From an uncultured archaeon (GTDB lineage: Archaea; Altiarchaeota; Altiarchaeia; IMC4; SCGC-AAA252-I15), in assembly GCA_902384455.1 (NCBI GenBank), contig CABMCB010000011.1:18090-50089 (forward strand): a stretch of 32,000 bases of DNA. Direction: 5' to 3'. Shown here piece by piece: positions 1 to 9,048 of this stretch. The notes beneath the pieces were generated by a model. The model was not told the origin of the DNA, searched no databases, and saw nothing but the letters and a program-made list of their open reading frames with translations. The translations under genes and the position numbers were made by a program. Each line of letters opens with the position of its first letter. The stretch's first letter is position 1.

Positions 1-235
1 GAACTTTGACTCCAACGAAGTTTTTTATGACGCTCTTCCAGCTTTCCGCGTACTCAACAGTGAAGCCGCCGCCCCACGCAGCAACCACTTCCTTAACGCT
101 CTCCTCAACCCGAGGGTCGCGGGCATCCATAATAACCTTACCTGCCCCAAAAGCCCTCGCAGTCAAGCACACGTGAGTAGAAAGCCGCTTGTCCCTACCC
201 ACCCTATGACCCAACCTGAGCACGGTCACTTCCAT
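1..235 (-). CDS. trm56: tRNA (cytidine56-2'-O)-methyltransferase aTrm56, N-terminal part; the gene runs off the left edge
   Basis: Own minus-strand translation from the ATG at 235 gives MEVTVLRLGHRVGRDKRLSTHVCLTARAFGAGKVIMDARDPRVEESVKEVVAAWGGGF... The VLRLGHRxxRDKRxxTHVxLxARAFGA block is the characteristic N-terminus of archaeal SPOUT-class aTrm56. It is absent from the ORF track because no stop codon lies inside the window. Confidence 0.8.
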   Translation of the reverse strand, partial: MEVTVLRLGHRVGRDKRLSTHVCLTARAFGAGKVIMDARDPRVEESVKEVVAAWGGGFTVEYAESWKSVIKNFVGVKV

Positions 236-332
236 GGTGAATACTTTTTGACGCCGCCTTTTATTAGGAGGAGACCGGACGAATTACCGCGTTTAGGCCG
301 ACTTTTAGCGGCTGCCTCCCATTGTCTTTCTG

Positions 333-1901
333 ATGAGTGAAACAGTAGAAGACGCAGGCGGCCACCATCATAAGGCGCTTCACGCTACTCCGCTGCGCTC
401 TGTGATGCTCAAATCCAGCATCTGGATGCTGGTCGGACTCTTTTTCACACGATTCTTGGGTTACGTATTCAACAGCTTACTTACCAAAAGCTTCAGCGAA
501 GCAGAATACGGATTTTACTCTCTCCTTTGGAATGCCCCAATGTTTGTGGCCACCGTCGCCTTAGTCAGCGTCGGAGCGGCAGTCGAAAGGTACACCGCCT
601 ACTACCGAGGACTAAACAAGAACGACGAGGCGGCTTCGGCGGCAGCCACAGGATTCGCCATAAACCTCATCCTAACGTTAGCTGTGATAGCGGTATTCGC
701 ACTAGCTTATGCGACTGGAACCGTATCACTCACACCCCTCGAAGCTGTGGTCGCAGCCGTATTCTTCATCGCCCAAGGCCTGAACCTCTGGATGAACGGC
801 GTACTGACAGGATACCGCCGCCCGGAACGCACAGTACTATACAACTTCCTCCACTACGCAATAAGAGTCCTTCTTGTCGCCTCAGTAATCGCGATAGGCC
901 TGCCCTTCGAATGGGCGCTTACTGTGATGGCGGCGGCATTCGCAGTGACCGTTTTCATCGGCGTTGTTGACGCTTTTGGGTCGGTTTATAGGGGCGCGTT
1001 TAACAGGGGTCTTTCGTCTGAGCTTATTCGTTTCGGCGGGGCGGTGACTGCGGTTGTGGCTGCGGACAATGTGCTTTCGTGGGCGGACATTTTCATAATA
1101 AAGGTTTTCATGACTTCGGCGGACGTGGGGATATACTGGGGCGTGTGGATTCTCGCTTCCATACTTTGGACTCCGCTCCTTGCTATATCTCTCATATACA
1201 GTCCGATAGCCACGGAACTGCTCGGAAGCAAAGCCCACTTGCGCCTAAGCAAACTCACTGTGTATCTGACAGATAGGTACGTGCTGCTTTTTACTCCGGC
1301 CGCGTTCTTCCTGGCTTTGTGGGCGCCTCAGCTGTTGCGTTTTGTTTACACCGGCGCTTACGCTGAGGCATCCAACGTGATGGTCATTCTCGTTGTGGGG
1401 GTGTGGATTGTAGGGTTCTCTCGGGTATTCAGGCAGATTATCACATCCTCCGGAAAGCCGAAGGCGGAGGCGGGGATTATTATTGCTGCGGCGGCCATCA
1501 AGGTCGTGTTGAATGTGTTGCTTATTCCTGCTTTCGGGCTTATGGGGGCGGCTTACGCGACGCTCATCGCTTCGTCGTGGATTGCCTTTAAGTCGTATGG
1601 TTACGCAAGGAATGTGGTTGAGATTCCTTTGTCTTTTGCTACAACGGCTAGAAATCTTTTTGCGTGCGCTTTAGGCGCAGTTCCGGCAGCTTACGCAGTG
1701 TATTTCATATGGGGTTACTTGGGTCTGGCTCTTTCGGCCGTCATTTTCGCGGTAGTCTGGTTTGCGGCTGTGATGCTCCTTAAACTCCTTACGGCGCAGG
1801 ACGTCGACGCGGCAGAGAGCATGTTGGCTAAGGCGCGTTTAGGCGAGGGCGTACGAGGAAGCATTAAGGATTTCCTCTTTTTGGGAGTGCGCGGCAACTG
1901 A
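333..1901 (+). CDS. Wzx-like oligo/polysaccharide flippase (MOP superfamily polysaccharide biosynthesis protein)
   Basis: 522 aa starting at an ATG. The protein is hydrophobic throughout, with about 12-14 predicted TM helices. Length and organisation are typical of Wzx/'polysaccharide biosynthesis protein' families, and it sits in a glycosyltransferase cluster. The family call is by architecture and context only. Confidence 0.65.
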   Translation: MSETVEDAGGHHHKALHATPLRSVMLKSSIWMLVGLFFTRFLGYVFNSLLTKSFSEAEYGFYSLLWNAPMFVATVALVSVGAAVERYTAYYRGLNKNDEAASAAATGFAINLILTLAVIAVFALAYATGTVSLTPLEAVVAAVFFIAQGLNLWMNGVLTGYRRPERTVLYNFLHYAIRVLLVASVIAIGLPFEWALTVMAAAFAVTVFIGVVDAFGSVYRGAFNRGLSSELIRFGGAVTAVVAADNVLSWADIFIIKVFMTSADVGIYWGVWILASILWTPLLAISLIYSPIATELLGSKAHLRLSKLTVYLTDRYVLLFTPAAFFLALWAPQLLRFVYTGAYAEASNVMVILVVGVWIVGFSRVFRQIITSSGKPKAEAGIIIAAAAIKVVLNVLLIPAFGLMGAAYATLIASSWIAFKSYGYARNVVEIPLSFATTARNLFACALGAVPAAYAVYFIWGYLGLALSAVIFAVVWFAAVMLLKLLTAQDVDAAESMLAKARLGEGVRGSIKDFLFLGVRGN

Positions 1902-1931
1902 TTATTAAGATTCCGCGCGAAGTTATGTTGT

Positions 1932-2297
1932 ATGGCTGACGCGGGCAAGACGAGTGTGGCCGCAATGCTCCTCGTTGTGGCGTGCACTTTGTTTACCACC
2001 ACCGGCCAGCTTATGATTAAGGCGGGGATGAACAGGTTCTCTTTGACTGTTCCCGGAACGATTCTGAACCTTCCTCTTGTCGGAGGACAACTAATCTACG
2101 CCTTTTCCGCCATCCTGCTTGTGGCCGCACTGGGACGGGGGGAGCTGTCTGTGCTTTATCCCATTTTTGCCACAGGGTACGTGTGGGTTACTCTTCTTTC
2201 GACGGTTTTCCTTGGAGAATCGTTTGGGATTTTGCGTTGGGCTGGCGTTGGTTTCGTGTTGATTGGCGTTAGTTTGCTTGGGAGGGGGCAGAAGTGA
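1932..2297 (+). CDS. Small 4-TM DMT/SMR-type protein (EamA half-domain, ArnE/ArnF-like), subunit 1
   Basis: 121 aa with four hydrophobic helices. The GELSVLYPIFATGYVWVTLLS...RWAGVGFVLIGVSLL pattern is typical of EamA/ArnE-like half transporters. Its stop codon overlaps the GTG start of a paralogous neighbour (GTGA at 2294-2297). Confidence 0.6.
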   Translation: MADAGKTSVAAMLLVVACTLFTTTGQLMIKAGMNRFSLTVPGTILNLPLVGGQLIYAFSAILLVAALGRGELSVLYPIFATGYVWVTLLSTVFLGESFGILRWAGVGFVLIGVSLLGRGQK

Positions 2298-2647
2298 CGA
2301 CCCAATTTATTGGCGTAGGGCTAATTCTGGTGGCCTCGGTTTTTGCGGCGTATGGGGCGTTGTCTTTGAAGCGTGGCTCTGAGGCGCTGAAGAAGGGTTT
2401 TATTTCGCTGATTAGAGATGGGAATTTCCTTGTTGGAGTGCTGTTTTACGGAGTAAGCACCGTATTTTATCTTTCGGGGTTGAGGTTCGGCGACCTGTCT
2501 ATGCTTTACCCGGTGTCTTCTACAAGCTACATCTGGGTTTCATTTTTGTCCGTCCGCCACCTCAACGAGAAGATGAACAACTACAAGTGGGCCGCAATCG
2601 TGTTCATTCTTTTGGGCGTGTCGCTTATCGGCTTAAGCGGCAGATGA
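2294..2647 (+). CDS. Small 4-TM DMT/SMR-type protein (EamA half-domain, ArnE/ArnF-like), subunit 2
   Basis: 117 aa with a GTG start preceded by GGAGGGGG (2281-2288). It is a paralogue of the upstream gene (GDLSMLYPVSSTSYIWVSFLS...KWAAIVFILLGVSLIG). The 4-nt overlap implies translational coupling and a likely heterodimer. Confidence 0.6.
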   Translation: MTTQFIGVGLILVASVFAAYGALSLKRGSEALKKGFISLIRDGNFLVGVLFYGVSTVFYLSGLRFGDLSMLYPVSSTSYIWVSFLSVRHLNEKMNNYKWAAIVFILLGVSLIGLSGR

Positions 2648-2660
2648 ATCTGAGCGGGCG

Positions 2661-3674
2661 CTACGTGTCTTTTTGGGGGTCTGAGAAGGCGTCTGTGATA
2701 AGCGCTATTGCGGCTATGTAGGGTATGTAGTACCGGGTGTCTACGTATTGGGTGATCCAATAGAACCCTAAGAGCAGCAGAGTAAGCAGTATGTCGAATA
2801 GATGCGGCTTCTTCCGCATAAGGAACATGAGCACTGCAATTGGAGGCAAGTAGAATCCGAGCCTTAGCACCATCTCCTTTGTGGCCACGGGAATCTGGTG
2901 CAGCCAGAAGCTGGTGAATGTTGAGCCTTCGCCCGCATTCTGCATGAAGCTCCACGCGTACTTTTCCTTGAAAGAGCCTCCGCCTCCCGCAAACTGCAAG
3001 ACTGCTAACACAAGCAGAGGCGCCAAAATCTTGTACTGCCTCCTGCGTAACGAATCCAAAATGAAAACGAGCGTCAAAACAAGCGCCTGCTCGCGCAGGA
3101 AAGAGTAATAAGCGAGGAAAAAAAGGTACGACAAACTGCCTTTCCGATAGAGAACGTAAATCAAGAGGAAAACAAGCACCGAATACATGTCAGTGGCCAC
3201 GGTAAGAGCAATCCGAGTCCAAAGGAAATACACCGCCCCGACAGCCCCAGCCCACGGGGAAACAAACGCCAAAAGAGCCACAGCCAGAATGAAAGAGCCC
3301 ACGTTCACAAACAACATGAAATCCGGGTTATCAGACAACGCTACTATCCGCACATAAGCAGTCCTAGAAGAAAAAAAACGAATATTACTCTCACAGACAT
3401 CCACAGTGATATTAAACCTAGAATCAAGGCGCGGCCCAACCGTATCCACTGCGGCCTCGCAGTGATGCGGGTTGCCTTTCAACTGCTGCGCCAAAGCGTA
3501 GTATTCGAGGAAATCCGGCCCGTAAGGCCTTACTACCTGCGCGCGCAGAAGAACCGCAAGCAAAACCGCGGAGACTACGACTACCAAAGGCGCAATATAA
3601 CGATGCTTAAGAGGATTACTAGTTTGCGCGTGCCCTTTGTTTTTGGTTTTGCCGCTTAATCTGTGAGAAGGCAT
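2661..3674 (-). CDS. Polytopic integral membrane protein of unknown function, in the glycan cluster
   Basis: 337 aa starting at an ATG. A basic N-terminus is followed by one TM, a loop of about 75 aa, then about 8 further TM helices. I recognise no family motif. Confidence 0.55.
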   Translation of the reverse strand: MPSHRLSGKTKNKGHAQTSNPLKHRYIAPLVVVVSAVLLAVLLRAQVVRPYGPDFLEYYALAQQLKGNPHHCEAAVDTVGPRLDSRFNITVDVCESNIRFFSSRTAYVRIVALSDNPDFMLFVNVGSFILAVALLAFVSPWAGAVGAVYFLWTRIALTVATDMYSVLVFLLIYVLYRKGSLSYLFFLAYYSFLREQALVLTLVFILDSLRRRQYKILAPLLVLAVLQFAGGGGSFKEKYAWSFMQNAGEGSTFTSFWLHQIPVATKEMVLRLGFYLPPIAVLMFLMRKKPHLFDILLTLLLLGFYWITQYVDTRYYIPYIAAIALITDAFSDPQKDT

Positions 3675-3805
3675 TTTGAGGAATCGTACTTCGCCCGCTT
3701 ACGTAAGTATCTGAGCCCGATAAAAAAAAGATTAGCCGCAACTGTATCAAACACCCGGCGCACGTTAAAAGGCCGATTAACGTAATTAGTAGGGGACGAC
3801 ATACC

Positions 3806-4933
3806 ATGAAGATAGGCCTGACTTCAATAGTCCTTAACAAGAGGGGCGGAATCGCAAGGTACGTGGTCGAGCTCGCTGAACGCTTCGTTAAGGAAAACGA
3901 AGTCCACATAATAACTTCTAGAGTAGAACACCCGGTTCAAGGCGCAATAATACACCAAGAAAATATCATCTGGAACCCCATCTCAGCCCAGGTGGCTTCG
4001 GCCGCTATAAGAAACACTTTGGCTGCGAACCGGCTGAAGAAGGCGGATGTAATCGATTTTATTCATGGGCAGGGGGCTGAGGTTGTTTCTCCTGATGTGA
4101 TTACGGCGCACAGCTGCCATAAGGCGGCGGTTGAGCAGTTCAAGAGGGAGAGGGGGCTGAAGTACCGGCTGATGAAGCCTTTTGAGCCCAGAAGCGGAGT
4201 GGTCCTTGCTATAGAGAGGCGTAATTTCACCGCGAGGAAATTCAAGAAGGCGATAGCCAACTCCCACAACGTCAAAGACGACCTGATGAAGTATTACCGC
4301 GTGCCTGAGGAAGACATCCGGGTCATATACAGCGGAGTAGACACCCAAGAGTTTAACCCCGCGAAAAAGGCGGGAAGAGACAAAATTAGAGAAGAGATAG
4401 GAATCAGACCAGAAGACAAAGTGGCCGTATTCTCAGGCTGGGAATTCAAGAGGAAGGGATTGATGCAGATAGTCAAGGCGATGCCTGAGATGAAAGGCGT
4501 AAGCGTGCTCGTCTTGGGCAAAGACGACCCCGAACCCTACCGCGCAGAAGCCAGAAAACTTGGCGTCGCAAACAAACTATTCTTCACGGGATTCGTGGAC
4601 AACATAAGCGACTACTACGCAGCAGCAGACTTAATGGTTTTCCCCACCGCATACGAGCCTTTCGGCCTCGTGATTATCGAGGCGATGGCTACCGGCTTGC
4701 CTGTGGTGACAAGCAGGTCTGCGGGGGCGGCGGAGATAATTGAGGACGGTAAGGATGGGATTCTTATTGACGACCCGCATAGTTCCAGGGAGATTGCGGA
4801 GAAAGTCAATTACATCATCGACAACGACCTTTTTGACAGCATAGGCGCTAAGGCGTGCGTTAAGGCGAACGTGTGCTCTTGGGACAATATTGCCAGGCAG
4901 ACTATGGACGTCTACAAGGAGATCCTGCAGTAG
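3806..4933 (+). CDS. Glycosyltransferase, family 4 (GT-B fold)
   Basis: 375 aa. The C-terminal E-x7-E region FPTAYEPFGLVIIEAMATGLPVVTSRSAGAAEII is the classic GT4 signature. Confidence 0.85.
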   Translation: MKIGLTSIVLNKRGGIARYVVELAERFVKENEVHIITSRVEHPVQGAIIHQENIIWNPISAQVASAAIRNTLAANRLKKADVIDFIHGQGAEVVSPDVITAHSCHKAAVEQFKRERGLKYRLMKPFEPRSGVVLAIERRNFTARKFKKAIANSHNVKDDLMKYYRVPEEDIRVIYSGVDTQEFNPAKKAGRDKIREEIGIRPEDKVAVFSGWEFKRKGLMQIVKAMPEMKGVSVLVLGKDDPEPYRAEARKLGVANKLFFTGFVDNISDYYAAADLMVFPTAYEPFGLVIIEAMATGLPVVTSRSAGAAEIIEDGKDGILIDDPHSSREIAEKVNYIIDNDLFDSIGAKACVKANVCSWDNIARQTMDVYKEILQ

Positions 4934-4934
4934 A

Positions 4935-5795
4935 CTATTTGTATGCTATGATGAGGCGGTTTTCGCTCACCGAGCCGTCCTCCATCTTCTTGTCGGGCTC
5001 ATGGATAGTCTTAAAACCGTTATTGCCGAAGAAGGTGAGTAATGCGTCTGCGTTGTATTCTTCCCTAAAAGGGACGTTGTGGTACTCCAAGGCGACCTTC
5101 TTTATTTTATCCAGAATGGGCTTCGGCAGGCTAAAGAGGATGTCGTATTCTCCGCCTTCAATGTCGATCTTCATGAAGTCCACAGACGCAATCTTATTTT
5201 CTTTCATGAAATTTTCCAAAGAGACGCACGCCACCTTAACCGCCTTCCCCACCGGCTTAGTCGTGGAAGAAACACCTCCGTCTTCCACGTCAACAAACAA
5301 GTCTATAGTACCATCAGAAACCGAAACCGCCTTGTTGATAGGATGAATAACCCCCTTGACCAAATTCTTATTCAACTCTATGTTCTCAAGAAACATGCCG
5401 AAGTTCTCCGGCTGAGGCTCAAAAGAATAAACGTCGCACCTTACCATAGATGCCGCCAAGTTGGAGAACACACCAATGTTAGCGCCCAAATCGAAAACCA
5501 CCGAACCGTCCCTTATGTCTCCAGCCTCAACATGATATACGTTCTCACTCCAGACTTCCTTTATCACTATTCCGTCGCCGTCAGACGTGGAGTTCCTCGC
5601 CTTGAAACTAAAACCACCCGGAAGAGAAACAACCCTAAAACTCCTCTTCATCAAACCCAACTTAAGCCCCCAAAAACGGACGACATTCGAGGCCTTACGT
5701 TTGATGAACCGAAGAGTCTTGCCGGGATTCTTGAGAACAAAAACGATTTTGTTTGCCATAAGTCTCACGGTAGTTGGAATAAGTTTTGCCCTCAT
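4935..5795 (-). CDS. FkbM-family SAM-dependent methyltransferase
   Basis: 286 aa. It has a SAM-binding motif VVFDLGANIGVFS and the FkbM-type motif VDFMKIDIEGGEYDIL. It is the last gene of the minus-strand operon AglH-GT4-kinase-FkbM. Confidence 0.75.
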   Translation of the reverse strand: MRAKLIPTTVRLMANKIVFVLKNPGKTLRFIKRKASNVVRFWGLKLGLMKRSFRVVSLPGGFSFKARNSTSDGDGIVIKEVWSENVYHVEAGDIRDGSVVFDLGANIGVFSNLAASMVRCDVYSFEPQPENFGMFLENIELNKNLVKGVIHPINKAVSVSDGTIDLFVDVEDGGVSSTTKPVGKAVKVACVSLENFMKENKIASVDFMKIDIEGGEYDILFSLPKPILDKIKKVALEYHNVPFREEYNADALLTFFGNNGFKTIHEPDKKMEDGSVSENRLIIAYK

Positions 5796-5814
5796 CGGTT
5801 AAAAAAAGAAAAAG

Positions 5815-6831
5815 CTACTCAGCGACTTCCCATGTCTCAAGCCCGTGCATGTCGAAGCTGAATTTCACCGGCTTGGCGCCCGCCTTAGCAAGCGCCGCCT
5901 CCACCTTATGCTCTGTGTTTGGCTCGCAGTAGAAAAACATGTGGCCCCCTCCTCCTGCGCCCGTTATTTTTCCGCCTATCGCCCCGTTTTCGCGGGCTGC
6001 TTTGTATAGTTTGTCTATGAAGGGTGTGGTCATCAGCGGGCTGAATTTCTTTTTTGTCAGCCATCCTTGGTGCAGCAATTCTCCAAAGTAGTTGAAGTCT
6101 CCGCGCACCAGCGCCTGCTTTACTTCCTGAGCCAATGCCTTAGTCTCTTCGAGTGCGTCCACCACGTCCCTGTCGCGTCTGACGTAGCTTTTGGTCTGGT
6201 TGGCGATTATGTCGCCGCTTTTTTCGCGCTCCTGCGCGTGCACCAAAACGATGTTTTTCTCCAACTCCAAGAGGTTGTCGCGCCTTATGCGCAAAGGATT
6301 GATTCGGACGAAATCGTTGCCCTTAAACTCCATGTAATTCAGTCCGCCAAAAACAGCCGCATACTGGTCCTGGCGGCCGCCGAGGTTATGCAGTTCTTCG
6401 CGCTCCAGCTTGAATGCGAGTTCGGCTATTTCGTAGTTTGTTATGCGCCTGTCGCTTAGCGCGTGGTTGAAGAGTCCTATTGCCGCGACGAACGCTGAGG
6501 CTGAGCTTCCCAGTCCGCTTCTAGGGGGGACATCGCTTCGCAGGTAGAGGTTTACTCCGTTTATGGGTTTGAAGTGTTTGGTTACGGCTTTGAGCAGGTC
6601 GAGGTTTCCGTCGTAGCGCAAATCCTTGAGGCGTTTGTACTTTATTTCTGCGTTGTAGTCGTCGCTTCTGAGGCTGACTCCTGCGTCGGGCCTAAACGAT
6701 AATGTTCCCCAAGCGTACTTGTTGATTGTGACGTTGACTACGCACCCGCCGTGCTCTTCGGTGAATGGGCTAACGTCCGTTCCGCCTCCCGCAAAACTTA
6801 TTCTTACTGGAGCCCTGCTTCGGATAATCAT
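5815..6831 (-). CDS. GHMP-family sugar kinase (HddA / D-glycero-D-manno-heptose-7-phosphate kinase-like)
   Basis: 338 aa. It has the N-terminal RAPVRISFAGGGTD motif, the GHMP motif II PPRSGLGSSASAFVAAIG, and the C-terminal GKITGAGGGGHMFFY motif. Confidence 0.8.
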   Translation of the reverse strand: MIIRSRAPVRISFAGGGTDVSPFTEEHGGCVVNVTINKYAWGTLSFRPDAGVSLRSDDYNAEIKYKRLKDLRYDGNLDLLKAVTKHFKPINGVNLYLRSDVPPRSGLGSSASAFVAAIGLFNHALSDRRITNYEIAELAFKLEREELHNLGGRQDQYAAVFGGLNYMEFKGNDFVRINPLRIRRDNLLELEKNIVLVHAQEREKSGDIIANQTKSYVRRDRDVVDALEETKALAQEVKQALVRGDFNYFGELLHQGWLTKKKFSPLMTTPFIDKLYKAARENGAIGGKITGAGGGGHMFFYCEPNTEHKVEAALAKAGAKPVKFSFDMHGLETWEVAE

Positions 6832-6837
6832 CGTAAG

Positions 6838-7974
6838 TTAGTTTTGAGAGGAAACGGACTTATATACTTCCCTGATTTTCTCTGAGACGACGTCCATCGT
6901 AAAGTTTTCTTTGACCCGCACAACACCTCTTTCAGAAAGTTTCTTGCGCAGGACGTCGTCCGTCAAAAGGCGCTTCAACGCCAATGAAAACGCTGATGAA
7001 TCGTTCACCGGAACAACCAATCCGGCATCGCCCACTACATGCGACGGCCCTGAAAAATTGGTGGTCACGCACGGGATCCCGCACGCCATTGATTCAACAA
7101 GGACTAATCCGAAAGCTTCCTGGCGGCTGACGCTGGAGAGAGCAAATACGCGGGCTGCGCGGTAGTAGGTGGGCAAATCTTTTGGGGACACTTTCCCGGC
7201 GAAAACTACGTCAGAAACCCCTAATTGGGCGACCTGCTTTTCAAGGTCGGCAAGAAGCGGGCCTTCCCCGACGATTATTAGGGCGGCGTCAGGCACTTCT
7301 TTTTTGAGGGTGGCGTATGAGTTCAGGAGAACCGGCAGTCCCTTGTATCCTATGAGCCGGCCTACGAAGAGGATTATTTTTTTGCCGGCTATTTTGTGGC
7401 GGGCGGCTATGTCTGGGTCGCCTTTTGCTTTGGCTGTAAATAGTGCGGGGTCTATGAAGCTGGGCGCCTCCACGACTTTGCCCAGATAGTTTTTGAGCAC
7501 GGGAGACTCTTTGGCGTACTCCTGCGTGGTCGCGAAAATTTTGACCGCGCGCCTAAGAGCGGCCTTAAGCAGCAGATTGTACGCGGCCATCGGCAGCGCG
7601 TATATTGCGCTTGTTCTTATTGCGTCTGCGTGGTATGTGACTACAAGGGGTTTTTGGCGAAGATAGCTTGCCGCGCACGCAAAAAGCATGTTGGGGGGGT
7701 CAGGAAGGTTGACGTCGATTAAGTCGTAATCGTCAGACATCAGGTGGAACAAAGTTCCCGGACACCATGGCGCAGAGAAGAAATTGATTAATGACTTGCT
7801 TCTGGCGACTTTGATGCCGTCCATGACTTCAGAAGAAGGAGACGACGACTCGGACGTAGTGTACACCGTAACGTCTTCTTCATGGGCGACAAGCCACTTG
7901 GACAAATCGTAAACCCGAGACTCCAACCCACCCCGATAAGGGGGAAAATGCTTGGACACTTGAGCTATCTTCAT
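6838..7974 (-). CDS. Glycosyltransferase, family 4
   Basis: 378 aa. The N-terminus MKIAQVSKHFPPYRGGLE and the C-terminal SRQEAFGLVLVESMACGIPCVTTNFSG are GT4-type motifs. Confidence 0.85.
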   Translation of the reverse strand: MKIAQVSKHFPPYRGGLESRVYDLSKWLVAHEEDVTVYTTSESSSPSSEVMDGIKVARSKSLINFFSAPWCPGTLFHLMSDDYDLIDVNLPDPPNMLFACAASYLRQKPLVVTYHADAIRTSAIYALPMAAYNLLLKAALRRAVKIFATTQEYAKESPVLKNYLGKVVEAPSFIDPALFTAKAKGDPDIAARHKIAGKKIILFVGRLIGYKGLPVLLNSYATLKKEVPDAALIIVGEGPLLADLEKQVAQLGVSDVVFAGKVSPKDLPTYYRAARVFALSSVSRQEAFGLVLVESMACGIPCVTTNFSGPSHVVGDAGLVVPVNDSSAFSLALKRLLTDDVLRKKLSERGVVRVKENFTMDVVSEKIREVYKSVSSQN

Positions 7975-7980
7975 GACGGC

Positions 7981-9009
7981 CTACCCCAAGTAACTGTAGA
8001 CTGCAAACACAGCAAACACTACCTCGACGGCAAGCAGAACCAACACAAGCCTCAACTCAGTGATGCCTTTAGTCAAGTACATTATGAGGCGAGGAAGCCC
8101 ATAAACTTCGGAAAAATTAGGGCAAAAAAGAACCATACCCTTACGCTCACACCAAGAAGGATGCTTAAACCTACCCCTAATCTTAAGAAACAACTCCCCG
8201 AAAAACGGGAGAATAAGAATGATGCCGACCTTCTCAATGTTACCGACGATTACCGCGGCCGCAAGAACCGCCCCTATAGTCAGAGTCCCTACGTCGCCTA
8301 TGAAAATGCGCGCAGGATACCAGTTGTAACGCAAAAAGGCCAGCAATGCTCCGGCCATGGCGGCGGACAAAATGAAGGCTTCCACGCTTCCGGGGTAAGA
8401 ACCTAAAGAAAGCGAATAAGAAACCAACGCAACTGATGAAAGCATTATGACGCCCAACCCCGCTTCAAGCCCGTTGAACCCCGCCAGAATGTTTGTGGCG
8501 TTGCTTGCGCCGGTTATGGCAAGGGGAATCAGCACAAGGACGTAGAATATTCCGAAGTCCACCGAACCGACAAAAGGAAGAGTCATCGTAGTCTCCCCCA
8601 CCTTCAATGCGACAAGAGGAAGCGCCGCAAAAATAGGGATAACCGCCTTCACTTCCTGCCGGATAAGAAGCAAGTCATCGACAATACCGATTAAAGCCGT
8701 AATCAAAACCGTCGAGAACGCAGCAAGAAGCGCAGGAAGAGAAAGCCGCAGAGGAATCACGTTGAAAGTAGACAAAGCCACCGCAATAAGAACTCCGACC
8801 AAAAAACCCGTGACGATAGCCAAACCCCCCATCTCAGGAACCGCAACATCACCATCCTTACAACGATCTTTCCCGCTAATACCCGCCGCCAAAAGCCGCG
8901 GCATCATCCACGGTATAAGCAACCACGTCACCACAAAGGCGGCGGCCGGCACAGCAAGGAGTTCCAGCATCTCGCAACGGATATGGGTTTTAGACAATAA
9001 AACAGGCAT
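7981..9009 (-). CDS. aglH: Dolichyl-phosphate HexNAc-1-phosphate transferase (AglH/WecA/MraY superfamily), glycan-initiating enzyme
   Basis: A polytopic membrane protein with GKDxxKxxxxxVPEMGGL and NATNILAGFNGLEAG motifs typical of archaeal AglH / eukaryotic Alg7 homologues. The ORF-track start at 9024 is a TTG. ATG codons occur at 9009 and 8970, and 8970 (MLELLAVP...) is an equally plausible start. Confidence 0.8.
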   Translation of the reverse strand: MPVLLSKTHIRCEMLELLAVPAAAFVVTWLLIPWMMPRLLAAGISGKDRCKDGDVAVPEMGGLAIVTGFLVGVLIAVALSTFNVIPLRLSLPALLAAFSTVLITALIGIVDDLLLIRQEVKAVIPIFAALPLVALKVGETTMTLPFVGSVDFGIFYVLVLIPLAITGASNATNILAGFNGLEAGLGVIMLSSVALVSYSLSLGSYPGSVEAFILSAAMAGALLAFLRYNWYPARIFIGDVGTLTIGAVLAAAVIVGNIEKVGIILILPFFGELFLKIRGRFKHPSWCERKGMVLFCPNFSEVYGLPRLIMYLTKGITELRLVLVLLAVEVVFAVFAVYSYLG

Positions 9010-9040
9010 AACCACCAAATCCAAGGGACGCCAAATATGT

Positions 9041-9048
9041 TTTTAATA
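9041..9048. promoter_or_regulatory. A/T box (TTTTAATA) in the divergent gap between the aglH operon and tRNA-Gly; candidate TATA element
   Basis: The box centre is about 30 nt upstream of tRNA position 1 (9075). Read on the other strand (TATTAAAA), it lies about 35 nt upstream of the ATG at 9009. It is the only A/T-rich element in the 65-nt gap. Confidence 0.35.

Noticed and set aside
329-336. CTGATGAG, a hammerhead-core-like octamer.
   Set aside because: It simply spans the ATG start of the flippase gene. No flanking helices or GAAA partner motif are present.
4951-4957. A C-box-like ATGATGA, suggesting a C/D box sRNA. The reverse-strand ATGATGA at about 9331 and about 15827 are similar cases.
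   Set aside because: No D box (CTGA) or C'/D' pair lies at the expected 40-60 nt distance. All three sites are inside well-supported coding sequence.
5079-5861. A 260-aa plus-strand ORF. Similar long ORFs include 9200..9697(-), 16035..16628(-), 23475..24125(-), 29909..30421(-), 21335..21754(+), 28503..29024(+) and 11981..12331(+).
   Set aside because: Each lies antisense to, or in an alternative frame of, a gene with clear family motifs (FkbM, SppA, KaiC-like, SpeE-like, GluRS, RtcB, eL40). Their translations are low-complexity and rich in Arg/Pro/Ser/Thr/Lys. They arise because strongly A+C-rich strands contain few T-containing stop codons, which is a by-product of the skew blocks.
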